This document shows positions 1 to 14,040 of a DNA stretch of 64,000 nt, one piece after another. The DNA lies in NCBI RefSeq assembly GCF_001194135.2, contig NC_068981.1:52830207-52894206 (forward strand), written 5' to 3'. Positions within the stretch are counted from its first letter, which is position 1; every line of letters starts with the position of its first letter. The position numbers were made by a program, and so were the translations under genes. Under the pieces are notes generated by a model. That model did no database searches. It was not told the origin of the DNA and saw nothing but the letters and a program-made list of their open reading frames with translations. The DNA is from Octopus bimaculoides. Its lineage: Eukaryota.

Positions 1-685
1 TTGTGAGGTTTCACTGAGCTTTGTAGAATATTACTAATTTTGGGGGGATGAAGTACTTTTCTGTAGAAGGTAAACAACTGATCAGGGTTAAAGTACTTTG
101 TTGATTTAAAGAGGAACCTAGTCTTTGAGATGCAGTTTTACTAATGTTATAAACATGGAGTTGCCATGACAGATACCTGACTTCAGAATTTTTTGTTCAA
201 ATGGTACTGACATTCTGAATCTGTTATAAATACAGGCTGATATTATTTCTTGTACTGACAAAAGAGTATTAATTTTGTGGGGCTTTTTTCCTTATTTGGA
301 ACTGTATCACATTTTCATAGGAGTTACAAGCCATAATCAAAGCATTTTTGTTGGAAGAACTTTACATGTTATTTTTGAAATGTCTAATGTTATATTTATC
401 CTTTTTGAAATCAGTCATGAAGTGACTCACTACAACAAATAGTGCTGTACAAACCAGTGGGAAAGCCTCTTCTTGGTTGCTGCACCCATTAGAAATAGCA
501 AACAAATCTCATTTAAATCACACACTTTTCTCATTTAAAAGTATAGGACATACTAGGTAATACAGTCTAAGATACACTATGTGAATAGAAGGTAGTACAA
601 CCAAAAGTAGAAAGCCTTTGATCATAGCTTTGTTTGGCCTTAGTTGATCTGAAGTTAAATCATAATTGATAACATAACATTGTGC

Positions 686-742
<57 letters not shown>
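686..742. repeat. (TG)(TA)n(CA) microsatellite
   Basis: Visible dinucleotide run. Similar runs occur near 7600-7697, 17096-17180, 19898-19977, 40055-40092, 51684-51724 and 63920-64000. Confidence 0.95.
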
Positions 743-743
<1 letters not shown>

Positions 744-3700
744 TATAAAACATTCAGGAACACTGATTTAATATAACTTAAGCACCGTAGACAGTTACAT
801 ACAGCAATGGGCACCTGGACATGATTCTTTGGCACCTTAAATATAATTCTTTGCATTTGTGATGCCAGTGTTTTACTGTCCTATCAACATAGTAAATGCT
901 ATTTTGCTGAACTTCCACCTCTGCTAATTAACAGGAACTTATAAATTTGCTATTGGTTTCATAATTATTGTGTTTGTTGAACTTGATTGTTGTGCTATTA
1001 TCACACACCATATTACCTAAAACTCAGTATTTACAATATATATTTGTTGCTACATCTATTGGGCATGATAAACTCATCTTGCAAGCCAAAAATGAACTCG
1101 TTAATTCTGTAATAGTATTCTTGCTATTTACAGAAATTTACAATTTGGTGAAGTGAGCTACCAAAAACTAAATGCCTTTGTCAAAGACAATAGTAACTTC
1201 AGAAGCACTGACCCTTTGGCTTGTCAAGCACATTACAACTGGTTCAGCTTCAACTACCAATTGTCATTCTTGAATTCTCTTCAAATATTTAATATTACAT
1301 TTTAACTTACATATAGCATTAATTATTGTTAATGCTAGTCAGATTACTCTACTCAACTTGTTTAATATTCTTTGCGATTATAAACACCTGAACTGAAGTG
1401 ACAAAAAATTCTTTTAAATATTTGATTTAAAAAAGATTTCTATGAAAATTTATCATAGAAAATATTGCTTGTTAAAAATCCATTATGAAATTATTGCCAA
1501 AGCAGTTTTGAGTAAAATAACTTGAATAATATTGTCAATTGATGTCTTCTTGCATAATAGGATAACCTTGTATGACTTTGACCAACAATAAAATTCATAA
1601 TTTTAAATGTTCAAGTAGTTTATTCAGTGAGTAAAAGAAAAGTTTTATCATAGGCCAATATTTTATTATTAAAATAAAAATTAAGTATTGCTTCCAATTT
1701 TAATATTTTTAATTTGCATTTCATCATTTCAACATTAACCAAGATTTTTCTCTTGCCTGTTCTGTGGCACTTAATTGGATAGGGGGTAATTTAAGTGGTT
1801 TGCCAATAATAGAAATGTTGCTAGTATAGCCATGAAATCATGATTCTCCAGCAAAAATAATTGCATTTTATTCACGTAATCATTGTGATTTCTCATCATT
1901 TAAATGTTATAACAGTATATTCTCTTATTGTTGAAGAGCTGATAAAATATCAATATCAAGCCAATATGATAGTTTAAATTTACAACAAAAAGAAATGACA
2001 TCTATTCTTATTACCTGTTATGAATCAACATCAAGGATTTAATGTGTATAGTTTCAGGTTAAACTCTCTGTATTGCATATTTTGATGAGAGATGACTCCT
2101 AATGACTGAAATAATTTGTTTTAAACTGTTTATGGTATCTAAAATATACTTTTTGTTGCTTTCTAAAATATTTAATGTCTAAATTGAGTTGATCATTTTT
2201 AGAGAGTAGTTGATGTTTTGGATTAGTGATTGAGTTGTAATAAATCGCTTGTTTTGTGGACATATGAAAATTGAAATTGCAAATTAAGGATGAAAGAAAA
2301 CGTGCAAATCTGAAAATAACATAACCTTTGTTTCAATATAAATTGTTCTTTACAAGTACAAAATAATGATAATAATAATAATAAAAATTCATTGTTTTAT
2401 TTATTTTCTTTGTAATTTCAGATTTATAGTAATTATCTTTGATGTCAACTCATTTTTTTTATTTTTGAATATATGATTTTATTAATTTGTTTTCATTTTA
2501 TTGCTTCAATCGTATTAATTCATGTCATAAAGTATCCCATTTGGTTGCTTATTATCTTTCAGTTCTATGTGTATGCATTTTCTCAGATTTAATACATCTC
2601 AAGTTTATAGTAGCAATATCATTGTAATAAATGATTTTTATTGATGAATTGGTAAGGAAAACCTGGAATTAATTGGATATGAGTTGTTGGTTGTACAATG
2701 TGAAATAAATTAGGTACAGAAGTGTTGAGAAAATTATTGACTACATTTTAAAATCACTAAGTTTCCTTATTTAATAGTTAAGGGGTAAGTTCATTTTTCA
2801 GTTATAAAAAAAAGTGAATGCACACAGAATGAGTGAACTTTGAGAAATAACTTTAAAAAAGATGCAATGAATTCTACTAAGAGAAGTATTGCAAAGTTGG
2901 CTCAAAATAGAATAAAGTAAACAATCTCTGGCTGATTGTTTGAAAGAGAAGAAGCTGCTTTATACAAAGCTGAAACAAAGAAATGAAAGCTTGGAATAGC
3001 AAACTTCGAGTGAAACATTGCCTATTTGAGTTTTACTATGTAGCATCATAGGCAACATAGTCATTTGAACAATTATATTTTGCATAAAAGAAAAAGTTGA
3101 GGTATAAACTAAATATTATTTTAATGATGCAACAAAGAAGTAACGTATATTAATATTAAAAGCTTCATGATATTTCAAGTGAACTGGCAAAAACATTCAA
3201 TGTCATCAACTGGAGCAGGAGAAGCACTAAATTTAAGTTCATGAGTTGCTGCTATGATTTCTCATAAATTAGTTTAGTTATCTAAGCAATATGTTCAATG
3301 TTGAAGCAGAAACCAGCATATTAATATTAATGTTAAACTGGTTAGAAGAAATCTAAAGACTTGGCCTTTTCATTCATTACTAACAGGTTTCTCATCTTTT
3401 TTTTCTTTTTACAAAAAGTTGATTGTATAATATATATATTGGAAGTGTGATGTCTCATAGTTGGGGCAGGTAGCCAGTAAGACCTAGTTATAAGAAAACT
3501 ATTGCAGCATAATATGATAGCTTTATAATAAAGAGGGGAGGAGGAGTATCTTTATTGTGTTATCTACAAAGAAGTCGTTTTTAAAATTTAGATAAATTTA
3601 CTTTCAATTAATGAAAGCTGAAATCATCAACAACCATTTTTAATGAAATAAATTTTGTTTTTGTTCTATTTTCAGTTATTTATGGAGTATCTAAAATCCT

Positions 3701-3849
3701 TCTAATTCAAGTTCTCTCCTTTTCTAATTTGTTATTTAAATTTCAATAAAGTTAAGAATTATCTATTTATTTTCATATGCTATTAAATATTGTTATAGCA
3801 AAAAGTGAATCACAAAGACCGATCTCTCCATTTAGTCTCAAAATACTTA

Positions 3850-4240
3850 ATTCCCCCCCCCCCCAACTACTAATGCTCTACAAAGTCTCATAATTGAGTG
3901 CTATATCTATATTTGGAATGGTGCTGTTCTTACACATACGGACATCCTAGATCACATAATGAAAATCACATACAGTTTCCTATCTCTGCCTTTTCTGCCA
4001 ACAACAAAATGGCCTTTGTTCTTCAGAGCTGAAAGTTTCATATTACCTTAATTCAGACACTTCTGATTCTCTTGTCACTAATGCTGTGTCCACCTGCAGG
4101 CTTTGCAGTAACCAACATGCTCTGTCTTTCCTATAAAAATCTCTGGAGTTCTATATCTTACCCATGTTTTCCCTGTAGCCATCAACCTAAAACTGTTCAA
4201 GAAGAACTTTAATTGCATCATTCTTGCTAACATCAGAGGC
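3850..4240 (+). mobile_element. Decayed L2/CR1-like LINE, RT C-terminal/3' fragment
   Basis: Broken translation resembles HIWNGA... and LW...VFP...NLKLFKKN of L2-type RT ends. Related pieces at about 6150-6700 (+) and 27900-28120 (-). Confidence 0.4.
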
Positions 4241-7200
4241 CTTACAAAGACTTTCTCTTGAACCAGAGTAAACTAATGAGAAACAAATTAGCTAAAATTA
4301 ATTACTGAGTTAATTGAATTAACTATGCTCACTCAAAAATTTGTGGTTTTATGCAAAAGTTAAAAATCATTATTTTTATTTAAAATAATTTTTATTAAGA
4401 TGTATTATTTTTATATTATTAGTGTGGTAGACTAGCAGAATTGTTACAGCATTGGACAAAATGATTTTTATTTAGTTTTATCTGTTTGTGTCCTTAGCTC
4501 AAATGCCATTCAATTTGACTTTCATTCTTTTGGGTTTGATCAACAAATACCAGTCAAGTATTGAGGTCAGTCTAATCAACTGTGCTCCTGCTAATATCAC
4601 TGATCACTTATTGAGGGGTAACTTTGATCACTGAAAGCTCAAGCATTTGACTCTAATTACCAACAAGTAGTGTCTGAGATAAAGAGTAGTAAGTTAGTTA
4701 ATTATATATGTGTTTCTTGGTAGATGGACTTACATTTTTCTTGCTGGTTTTGCTCATTTAAAATATGATAGGCTTTTTTGAGCAATGGTGAGTAGATTTT
4801 TTTTAAAGTTTTTATTAAAAAATTTTATGTGTGTTACTTTTTTGATTTTGGAAAAGGTTTCCTCTTTCTCTGATTTAAGATATAAAAAAAAGTGTACAAA
4901 TAAAAGTAATGATTTTAAAAATATTACTTGATGATAAGTGAAAATAATTTCTGATATTGTTTGAGATGAATGAAGTTTTACAAATAAATTTGCTTTTGGT
5001 ATTGCCTTCTATGTCTTTGAAATGCACATCAAACTATACAAATTGGAAGGTGTTTTAGTAGCTAATTTTAGATCTTAAATTCTCTTACAATAAAACTATG
5101 TTCCTGTATGAAAAGCCACTTGGTATCAATTTGCTTTCCAACAGACATAGGTTGATAAAATAAATACCAAAAAGATAATGAAATTTTTTGTCTTTCTACT
5201 ACAGAAATAGCCTTTTGCTCAAGACTATAAATAAGGGCTCACATAAGACTGGACTAGTAGTAGAATTTAGACTACCAAACTAGCTGCCTTATAATATTTA
5301 GTTTTTGATACATGCCATACTGCTCAGAATTTTCTGAATTCTTGTTTGGTTTCCACCTGGAGGGTGGAAAGGTAAATCTGAAACCAAAGAATCTGATCCC
5401 CTGTCGTAAATTTATGGCCTTGTGCAATGTAAGAAATTAAAGTTGGACAAAATGTCTTGTGGTATTTGTTTACTTTTGTTTACATTCTTATTTTAAATCC
5501 CACCAAGATCAGCTTTGCTATTTATCCCTCCTGGGTTGATAAAATAAAGTACCAGTTTAATACTGGCATCAATGAATTCTCCCTTCAAATTTTTAGCCTT
5601 GTATCTATTTGAGAAAAAATTTCTTGTTCTAGAGAGAATTCTGAAAACTGACATTTAATTCTTGGAAATAATGGAGTAAAAATTTAAACTCTTCCTGTCC
5701 TATCTGAAGAATAAATGAGAAAGACTAAAAGTATACAACTATTCAAGTTTTGGTAAAACTGAAGTGAAATATATTATAAAGTAACAACACAATATCAAAC
5801 TATCATGTACATTGGATATCAAACTGTTGTGTGCACTTTCAAAAGTGAATTATAATAAACTGTAACGTGGTTAAAGAAATCATTATTATTTCTCTTTGCT
5901 GATGGCTTTGCGTTCCGGCTCTAAAAAACATATGTAAGTCTACTTAAGAAGAAAAGTTAGAAATATAATTAATTTTGATTCTTTAATTATCCATTCTTTT
6001 TGAAGTAAAGTAAATATGGTAAACTTAAGTTAAATATCAAGGAAAACTTTTGAAATATATGTAGATAACCTTGAGTTCAGACTAGTCAAAGTAAAAATAA
6101 CTGATTATAATTTGTGACTACACCAAAAAGAGAGCAACTTCTTTGACCCTACAAACTTCTGATCTATCATACTTATTTCCAGTAACTTAATGCTAATATG
6201 AACAGTTGTCAAGTTTATCTTCACCACTTCAAGTCTCTCTCTGCCTCCTCATTGAACATTGGTATGGCTTCCATAGAACCACATCTACCAGAGACTTACT
6301 TTTCTGTGTCACTCATTTTGCAACCGTTGATTGGCATAAAATCCTACTAGTTAAGTCTTTGTTCTATAACCATTTATCATGCATAAGATCAAAAGCCTTG
6401 TTGGATACATCATTACAGTCTATACTGTTAGCATTAGATTATTCTTCAATTACAATATTGTTGTATTCAACAAATCAAAGACTCAGTTACTCTACATGTC
6501 AAAGAAACACTCTTGTGCCTTAAACTTTGTAGTCATGAATCACAGGCAATTTGAACAACCAAAGTTACTCAAATACTTGGCCTTCCAATCTCTGATGATC
6601 TTGCATGGCAGCTCCATAGAAAAGACATTGCTGAAACTTCATCACAAAGATTGAGTTTCGTTTTTAGAGTGTGAAATACTTCAGCCCAATTGCTCAGCTT
6701 CTACAACACTCAAGTAATAACTGCACAGCAGGATTTTTCTGTTTCTGCACATACTAACACTCTAAACAGAATTTTGAAGAACGTCAACTGGACAAAGAGT
6801 CAGTGATGAATATGCATTTTTTCTTCTCTGCTTGTTTGATTGAAATTAAGTAGCTGCATACTCTGTCTACTCAAGCTTACTTGTCCAACCTATTTTTCCC
6901 ACTTCTCTTACTCTTACAGAATGAAACTTCTTGCCCTTCACATTAAACTCTTTAACTAATAATTCATTCCAGGACAGTAAACTTTTGGGATTTCTGCCAA
7001 TACTTTGCCAACAAACACCAACTGATGTTCAAACAGATCATCAATCACATACATCTTGTTAACCTGGAAGAATATTGAATAGTTATGAGCACTACTCCTC
7101 TGACTGTCATATTAAATAAAAATACAGTGCTGGTTGCTTTCAAGAAGCAAAACAGGCTTTGGTTACGAAGTTCATTTTGCAGTCATGTGGTTCCTGATTT

Positions 7201-7699
7201 GGTCCCACTGTCTGGCACCTTTGACAAGAGTCAGCTCTGGGTTGAGCCCTGTTTTCTTAGTGGAACTAGTATGCAGAAATTGAAAAGCCCTTTGTGTGTA
7301 TGTGTGTGTGTTTTATTCTGTTTTTAATTATTTGAATTCTTCCTTTGAAGGAGATAGTTTCTGACAAGAATAATGTCACATCTTAAACTTGAGGGAAATC
7401 TTGCATATATTTACTGTTCCAGTTACAGATTGTATTTGTAGTATGTGAATTAATTGGTTGATTTATTTTTCTGAAAACCCTAGCTTATCTAGATTATCAC
7501 TTAAGCACAAAACCCAAGTGCACCAACTATTTTTGGTATAAATGTGAATTTATAATCTGGATACAGAAGCTGGAGGTTTCAAAGCAGTTGTACATAGTTA
7601 TATGCACGTATGTATTCATGTGTATATATGTGTGTATATTTTTGTATGTGTATGCATGTGTACATATGTGTATGTATGTATATATATATATATATATGT

Positions 7700-8630
7700 C
7701 ATTATTCAGTTTTATTTCAAGATTTCTTGCCAATAAAGAAAGAGCCGGTTTCTAACCTAGATTCAAGGCTCCTTCGGTGAAATTTCAACATCAACAACAG
7801 GGTATTTTTGTATGTATATATATGTGCAGATTTGTATGTTTTGTTTTATGTATGTCTTCTCATGCATATATTTTGCATGTCGAGACACACTCATATATAC
7901 TTAAATGATAATCTTCTGGAAAGTTTTACAGATTTTTACAGTTTCAGTGATGGCTTGGATTTGTAATCTTTGAATCAACTTTCTCCTTTCTGGTTTTGAG
8001 TTGCCTAATTTCTCAAGATTGGTATTTAGGCAGTGTGTTGCATATCCCAGTGCCTCGATCATTACAGCTATAAACCTGAACTTGTAATGTGGATAGAGTA
8101 ACTGCAGATTTCTCAATAGTTCAGCATATTCTCTTTTTCATTGACCTTCAGCTTATGTTAACATCCTCTGGGCAACTGTACACAATTTCTCCTCACTGTC
8201 CCAAATCATTATATCAGGTGTATCATGTATACATTTTATTGAGTTTTTTACTGGGACATTTCACCATACTCCTTTTTATTATGAGAGGCAATGGCTTCCA
8301 CCATACTGTGGGTTCTTATTTCTTTGTCCTCATGATTATCCTTCCGATGGATTTCATTATATAGTGTTCTAGTTACATCATGTTTCATTGGTAAATAATA
8401 CTGTGATGATATTTTCAGATAACTGGTTATAATGTGGGTGATACTTTCAGTGTTAACTCCACAAAGTCTGCACCGGTTGTCACATTTTACTGCTTTTCCT
8501 ATATCTCTGTCTCCTTTGTGCATTAGGTATTTGGTTGATATTTCCTGTTCCTGGATTGAAAACTCATACCCTGTTAAGTGGGAGGTAGTAATCTGGATAG
8601 ACTGCTTTGATGATCAATGTTACTATCATG
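7700..8630 (-). mobile_element. 3' fragment of an R4/Dong-like non-LTR retrotransposon with restriction-enzyme-like endonuclease
   Basis: ORFs 8248-8523 (CRLCGVNTESITHII...HD zinc knuckle) and 7901-8116 (IAVMIEALG...LQIQAITETVKICK C-terminal motif). Confidence 0.68.
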
Positions 8631-10027
8631 TTTGTATGTATGTATGCATACACACACACACACACATATATTATCATTTTACATCTGTTCGCCATGTTAG
8701 CATGAATGGAATGGTTTGACAGGAATCAACATGTCAGAAGACTACGTATCAGAAATAATATGTTGCCCATTTTGACAATGCCTCCAAACCAGAATGGCTT
8801 GACTTTGCATAAGAGTGTGTGGATGCTAGTGAACATTGCACAATTTGAACACCTCAGTGTCTGAGACCTCATCTTGCCAGTGAATGGACAGTATTTTACA
8901 AATTCAGTTTAGGTGGAATTTAGCTAGTTCTTTTTTTCTTTTTTTTTTTTGCTTATGGTTAACCCTTTAGCATTTAAACCAGTCATATCCAGCCCAATTA
9001 TACTCCTTGTTTTATGTTCAAACCAGTCAGATCTGGTTTTTCATACCAACCCTACAATCGCATCATCAAAATCTCAAAGTTACAAGGTAACACATGATTA
9101 ATTTCAAATTATGTGGATGAATAAATATTACATTTGACAGAAAAATTTGAGTGCTAAAGAGTTAACAGTCCATTTCTAATTGGCATGCTGCAAATTTGGC
9201 AGGATAATGACTCTGCAGAACTACAGTTTGGTTTGGAGTGTGTATCCTTCTTCCAGATATTCTTCTAAAGTCTACTGAATTTAAATCCTGCTATTGACTT
9301 TATTGGAAATCTTGCTATTGACATTATTGTAGATGTAGATGATTTTTGAGATAATACTGCTGAGGTATGTGAGCCTGTCAGTGGCTTCTAGAGTCTGATC
9401 TTTGATTTTGATAGCAGTCTCCATGTACATTTTGTGATAGGATGGTTGGTACATGACTTCTTTGTTCTAATGGTGAGGCTGAAGTTATTGTAAGTGAATG
9501 AGAACCTACTCATGCACTATTGCATTCTAAACTCAAAGCATCAATAACAATTTCAAGGATTGAATGATTTCTTCTCATAAATAAAATATCAATTATAGTA
9601 GTATAGTATCATTGAGGACTCTGTCATGAGATTTAGTTGGGTTCCTGGCAGTAACTATTGTCAATTGTTAGTAGTCTATCTTTTATCTTCAGCTGTATGC
9701 AGGCTTTGTAGAGTAAAATAAGGTATTTTATGCCAGAATATGAAGAAATTGAAAGTGAAAAGCATCAATCCTCGCAAACAAACCATTATAAAATATAGAT
9801 TTTAAGGAAGAAAAAAGAAACAAATTGCTTGTAACAAAATTAAGCAATTTAATATCATTTTCAGTATTCTTCCTGTCTATATTTATTTACTTATGAAATG
9901 TTTTACAGTTGCCAAGTCATTTGAAATTAATAAAATTGACTGAAAATTTCCAGAAATACATTTAATTTATAATGTAATAAAAGTGGATTGTATGTTTAAT
10001 TATGTACTAATCCCCATATCATTTCAG

Positions 10028-10191
10028 ACAAGAAAACATCCTAAATTTGTTGTTAAAGAAATGGAAAGTATGTACATAGATGAATTAAAATCAGCCATAA
10101 ATCTCTTGATGGCAAACTTGGAGAGCTTACCAGTATCAAAAGGTAGTAATGAAACGAAATATTCACTCAAAAAATTTCAAAAATATAACAG
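10028..10191 (+). CDS. CADPS: CADPS internal exon ([39 protein letters not shown]...KYNR)
   Basis: tttcag|ACA acceptor and AG|gtaaga donor; 164 nt, phase 0-2. Matches the CAPS motif [34 protein letters not shown]. Confidence 0.95.
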
Positions 10192-10599
10192 GTAAGACGG
10201 CTACATATATCATCATATTTGTCAATGTCATAACCACCTTATTTATCTATTTATATATGTTAAGTCTGCAGTTAATATTTCACTTAATTTATCTGTTTAC
10301 TTCATATTTTAAAGGGTTCTTTGAACATCGCAACCCAACTACTATATTGCAGCATTTGGCAGTATTTGATAAATGTCAATTAAAAATATAGTTTTCAGTA
10401 TGCATTTGGTTGCAATATGATAAATGTTGCTCATTATTTATTCTTGGAGAATTTCTAATGTAGGATTTTTTTTTTTTTTTTCTGTTTTTGTATTTAGGTT
10501 AGAAAACAAATTGAGTACACATAATTGTAAAAAAAAATCATACAATTGTTGATATGCATATGGTTAGTGTTTGTTAAAGGTAAAGCTGTTATAAAAGTA

Positions 10600-11330
10600 A
10601 TGCTTTCATTTATCTTGGCTTCACAGTGACAAATGATGCTAAGCTTGGTATAGAGATTGCAAAGCGTGTAGAAAAAGCAAGCACACCTTTTAGTAAAGTC
10701 TGATAGGCTATGGAATACCCATGGTGTTTCAATTAAAACAAAAGCTTGAATTATAAACAGTTGTCCTCACCACTCTGTAATACAAAGCTGAGTTTTGGAC
10801 ATCTTATAGTAAACATATCAATTAACTGAATAACTTTTGCATAATGTCCCTGAAATGAATATTCAAGACCAAATGGGAAAACAAAGTGAAAAATAGTGAT
10901 ATTCTGTCAATGGTATTGAAACCTTCCAAATCAGGGCTTAATTGAGGTGATGTGACCTTATTTTACAAATGAGTGATGATAAGATTCCAAAGCAAGTATT
11001 TTGAGGGCAGCTTGATATTACTCAGCAGTGAGTTGTTTGGCCACCACTATGATATAAAGACAAATCAAGAGATAACCTAAAATACTTGAACATGAACGTA
11101 CATTATTGGGAAGATGTTGCAATCAGTCAGAGGGACAGGAGTAGCCAATGTTATATAAAACTTGCTAACTTTGAGGCACAAAGAGTTCTTTGTCATAACA
11201 TGCTGCTTGAAAATAGAAAACAGAATCACCAAAATGCTTATATTTTGCAAATTATCATTGCCCTAATTCTGATTTTGCAGCCAGGTCGAATGCTGGCTTA
11301 AGTAACCATCTATAAGTCTATGCTGCTTAA
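10600..11330 (+). mobile_element. Decayed RTE LINE, RT C-terminal fragment
   Basis: Translates with breaks to TVTNDAKL.IEIAKRVEKAST.FSK...LWNTHGVSIKTK, typical of the RTE thumb region. Confidence 0.65.
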
Positions 11331-12520
11331 AATAACATAAATTTGACATTTACCATCTGAGTCATCTTTGCAATGCATTTGCAGGTCTAAAGATACACAT
11401 GTCATAAAGTTGAATAGATAAATTTTTGCATAACTATGTTGTAAATAATAAATGAAAAATAAATTACATTATGTTTTAATGAATGTTCTTTTTCCTTCTG
11501 CTTTGACACTTCCTCTTAGTTCAGTAATTCCTTTTTTATCTTCCAACTCCTCTCCCACCTCATCTTTTTTCTGCTATCTTTATTTTTTTCCTGGCTACTC
11601 CCTGTTCTAAGTTGAGAAAGCTTTTTCCTGTCCTGCAAGTTTTTGGGTGACCTCACTAGTGCTGGTAGCATAAAAAATGTACCCAATACACACTGTTGAG
11701 TTGGTTTTAGGAAGGATATCCAGCTATAGAAACCATACCAAAGCTGACATTAGAGCTTTGGCACAGCCCTGTGGCTCTCCAGATCCTGTGAAGCCATCTA
11801 ACTTATATTAACATGAAGAATGAACATTAAATGATGATAATGAAATGTGTGTGTGCACGCATGCACACACATGCAATAGAAGCAGTATTAAGTTAAAACA
11901 ACCATGTATGAAGCATACTTAATGTAAATATATCATTGTAAGGTGAGTTACTGCACTGTTTGTCCAGAGATAACACCCTGTGTTGATGTGCTGTGTTTAA
12001 AAATATAATATATGTATTGCAGTGAGGTAAAAATCATCCCACCAGCAGCTAGTGAGAACACCAATTGCATTTTGGCCCTACTGGGGCATATCTGTGGTAT
12101 GTACTCTCTGCCAGAAATATGCTTAGACAAGATTTGTTGCCTCTTATATATAGGAAACAATGAATAAAACATTCAATGATTTTGTGAGTAGCCACCTAGT
12201 TGAATTCAAATTTGTTATATACAATAGAAGCTGTTAAATTAAGGAGTATTTTGCTTGAACTAGATCACATATAAATATTAATAACTTATGAAGATAATGA
12301 TATGAAATTTTATTATTCTATATTTTTTTGATGTATGTTATTATTTTTATTGTTGTCGCTGTTGTTTTGCAATCCTAATGCTTAGTTAGTTAATTTGCAT
12401 CTTCCTGAAAATTTATATCTGTGTTGTAGAATTTAATTCCATGTGAGATTTTATGCATAATTGAGAAATTATTGTTATAACTTGGGTGATAATAACACTG
12501 ATTGTTTTTGTTTATTTAAG

Positions 12521-12614
12521 GACTCACCACTCCTCAATTTCCAAGTTAGATGTATCTGAAGACAATGAGCCTGGCCTTTCAAAACTTGATGTTGTTCTTA
12601 CTTTTACTCTTGAG
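12521..12614 (+). CDS. CADPS: CADPS exon (THHSSISKLDVSEDNEPGLSKLDVVLTFTLE)
   Basis: ttaag|G and GAG|gtttgt; 94 nt, phase 2-0. Matches CAPS ..ENQLSKSDVVLSFSLE. Confidence 0.92.
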
Positions 12615-12772
12615 GTTTGTTCACTTTTTTTTCAATATTTTTGCTTGTTACCTCGGTAAAGAAAAGTACTTGTAATTTGTTATATATTATTTTATAAGTG
12701 GAATGTTTGAATATTTTATTATGTGGGAAGCATAATTGAATATTTTATTATGTGGTTACATGACTTTCTTTC

Positions 12773-14040
12773 AGAAAGTCATGTAACCACAATCCAAGTT
12801 TTCTAGCTATGACAAGATCATGCAGTTTGTGGTATATCATACCATGATCCAGTTTATCAACAGGTTTTGCAAAGTCAAGGTCTATTACATCCATATTTGA
12901 GTTGTTGAGTAACTGTCTCAACATCCAATCATAGTGCTGTAGGAACTGGGTCAGGCAGCTCCTACCTGGTCAAAAACCATGCTGGGTATCACTCAGCAAG
13001 TTGTTTTCTTCAAGGAATGCGATTAGTTTCCCTCTGACTTTGCTGGATTAGTTTCCATGACTTTGCTGATGTGTGAAGTCAGAGAGGTAATCCTATAATT
13101 TTTGGCTTCTGCTCTGCTTCCCCTTATATGGATTGGGCATATTGTTCCCTCCTTCAGTTTTCTTGGCAGCTTGCTATTTGCAAGAAAACTCTGGAAGAGA
13201 ATCTGTAGTGGTTTCGCCAGGGTATGTTTCCACAATTTGAGGAGGATTGCTGGGAAACCATCAGGGCCAGCAGTTGAGTTTGCATCCACCTCATCTATGG
13301 CTAGTATTATATCTTCTTCACCAATGTTGATATAACTGGTTATAGGTAAGGCAGCAAAGAAATCCACTGGTTCATTCACTTGTTTGTGTTCCAACACGGT
13401 GGTAAAGACACTTTTGAACCGATCCTGGTTGGGTTATCTGTGAGGGAGCCATCCTTCTGGAAGAGAGGTCCTATTTTGCAGCGTACTGAGGCTGTTTCTT
13501 TGGCATAATGAAAGAAGGCCTTTGGGTTTGACTTGATGTTTTTTATAATCCAGGCTTCTTTGTCTGCTCTCTCCTTCATAAAGGATTGTTGCAGGCTTTT
13601 TTTCAGTCTCCATCTGAGCTGTTTTTAGGCCGGGATGTTGGTTGAAGCGATTTGTAATCTTCATTCATTGTCTCATGAGAATCTTCCTTTCCCTTGAAAT
13701 TTTGTTCCTTTTTTTGTTGGCCTTGTGCTCTGGCATATGGTTTGCATAACAAACACAATATATTCTAGTTTCATGCCAATATCTGCTGTGGAGAGACATT
13801 TCGGCCAGCCCTATCTGAGGATCTCTTTTTGGATTGATTTCCAGTCTGCTTTGTGGAAGTTCAGAATGGAAAGGTTTTGGGTGCTTCTTTTAGGCTGTAT
13901 GTCTCTGGCTACTTTTGGTCCATACATAGACAGCTCTATTATGTTGTGATCTGAAACTAATGTCCATATTGTTTGTGAAGCAGAGATCCAGTATGTTATT
14001 TGCACAATTTGCTTCATGAAAAGGGCAATATCTGTATAAA
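12773..14040 (-). mobile_element. CR1-group LINE fragment (endonuclease end, tether, RT start)
   Basis: Minus strand gives IKSNPKAFFHY, AGPDGFPAILLK, KNYRITSLTSHISKVME, LLSDTQHGF.PGRSCLTQ and LDFAK..DKLDHG. Confidence 0.82.

Noticed and set aside
1-10000. Search for the preceding CAPS exon (LDN.DEQAA.IRRELDGR)
   Set aside because: No matching frame was found; the region is intron with decayed repeats.
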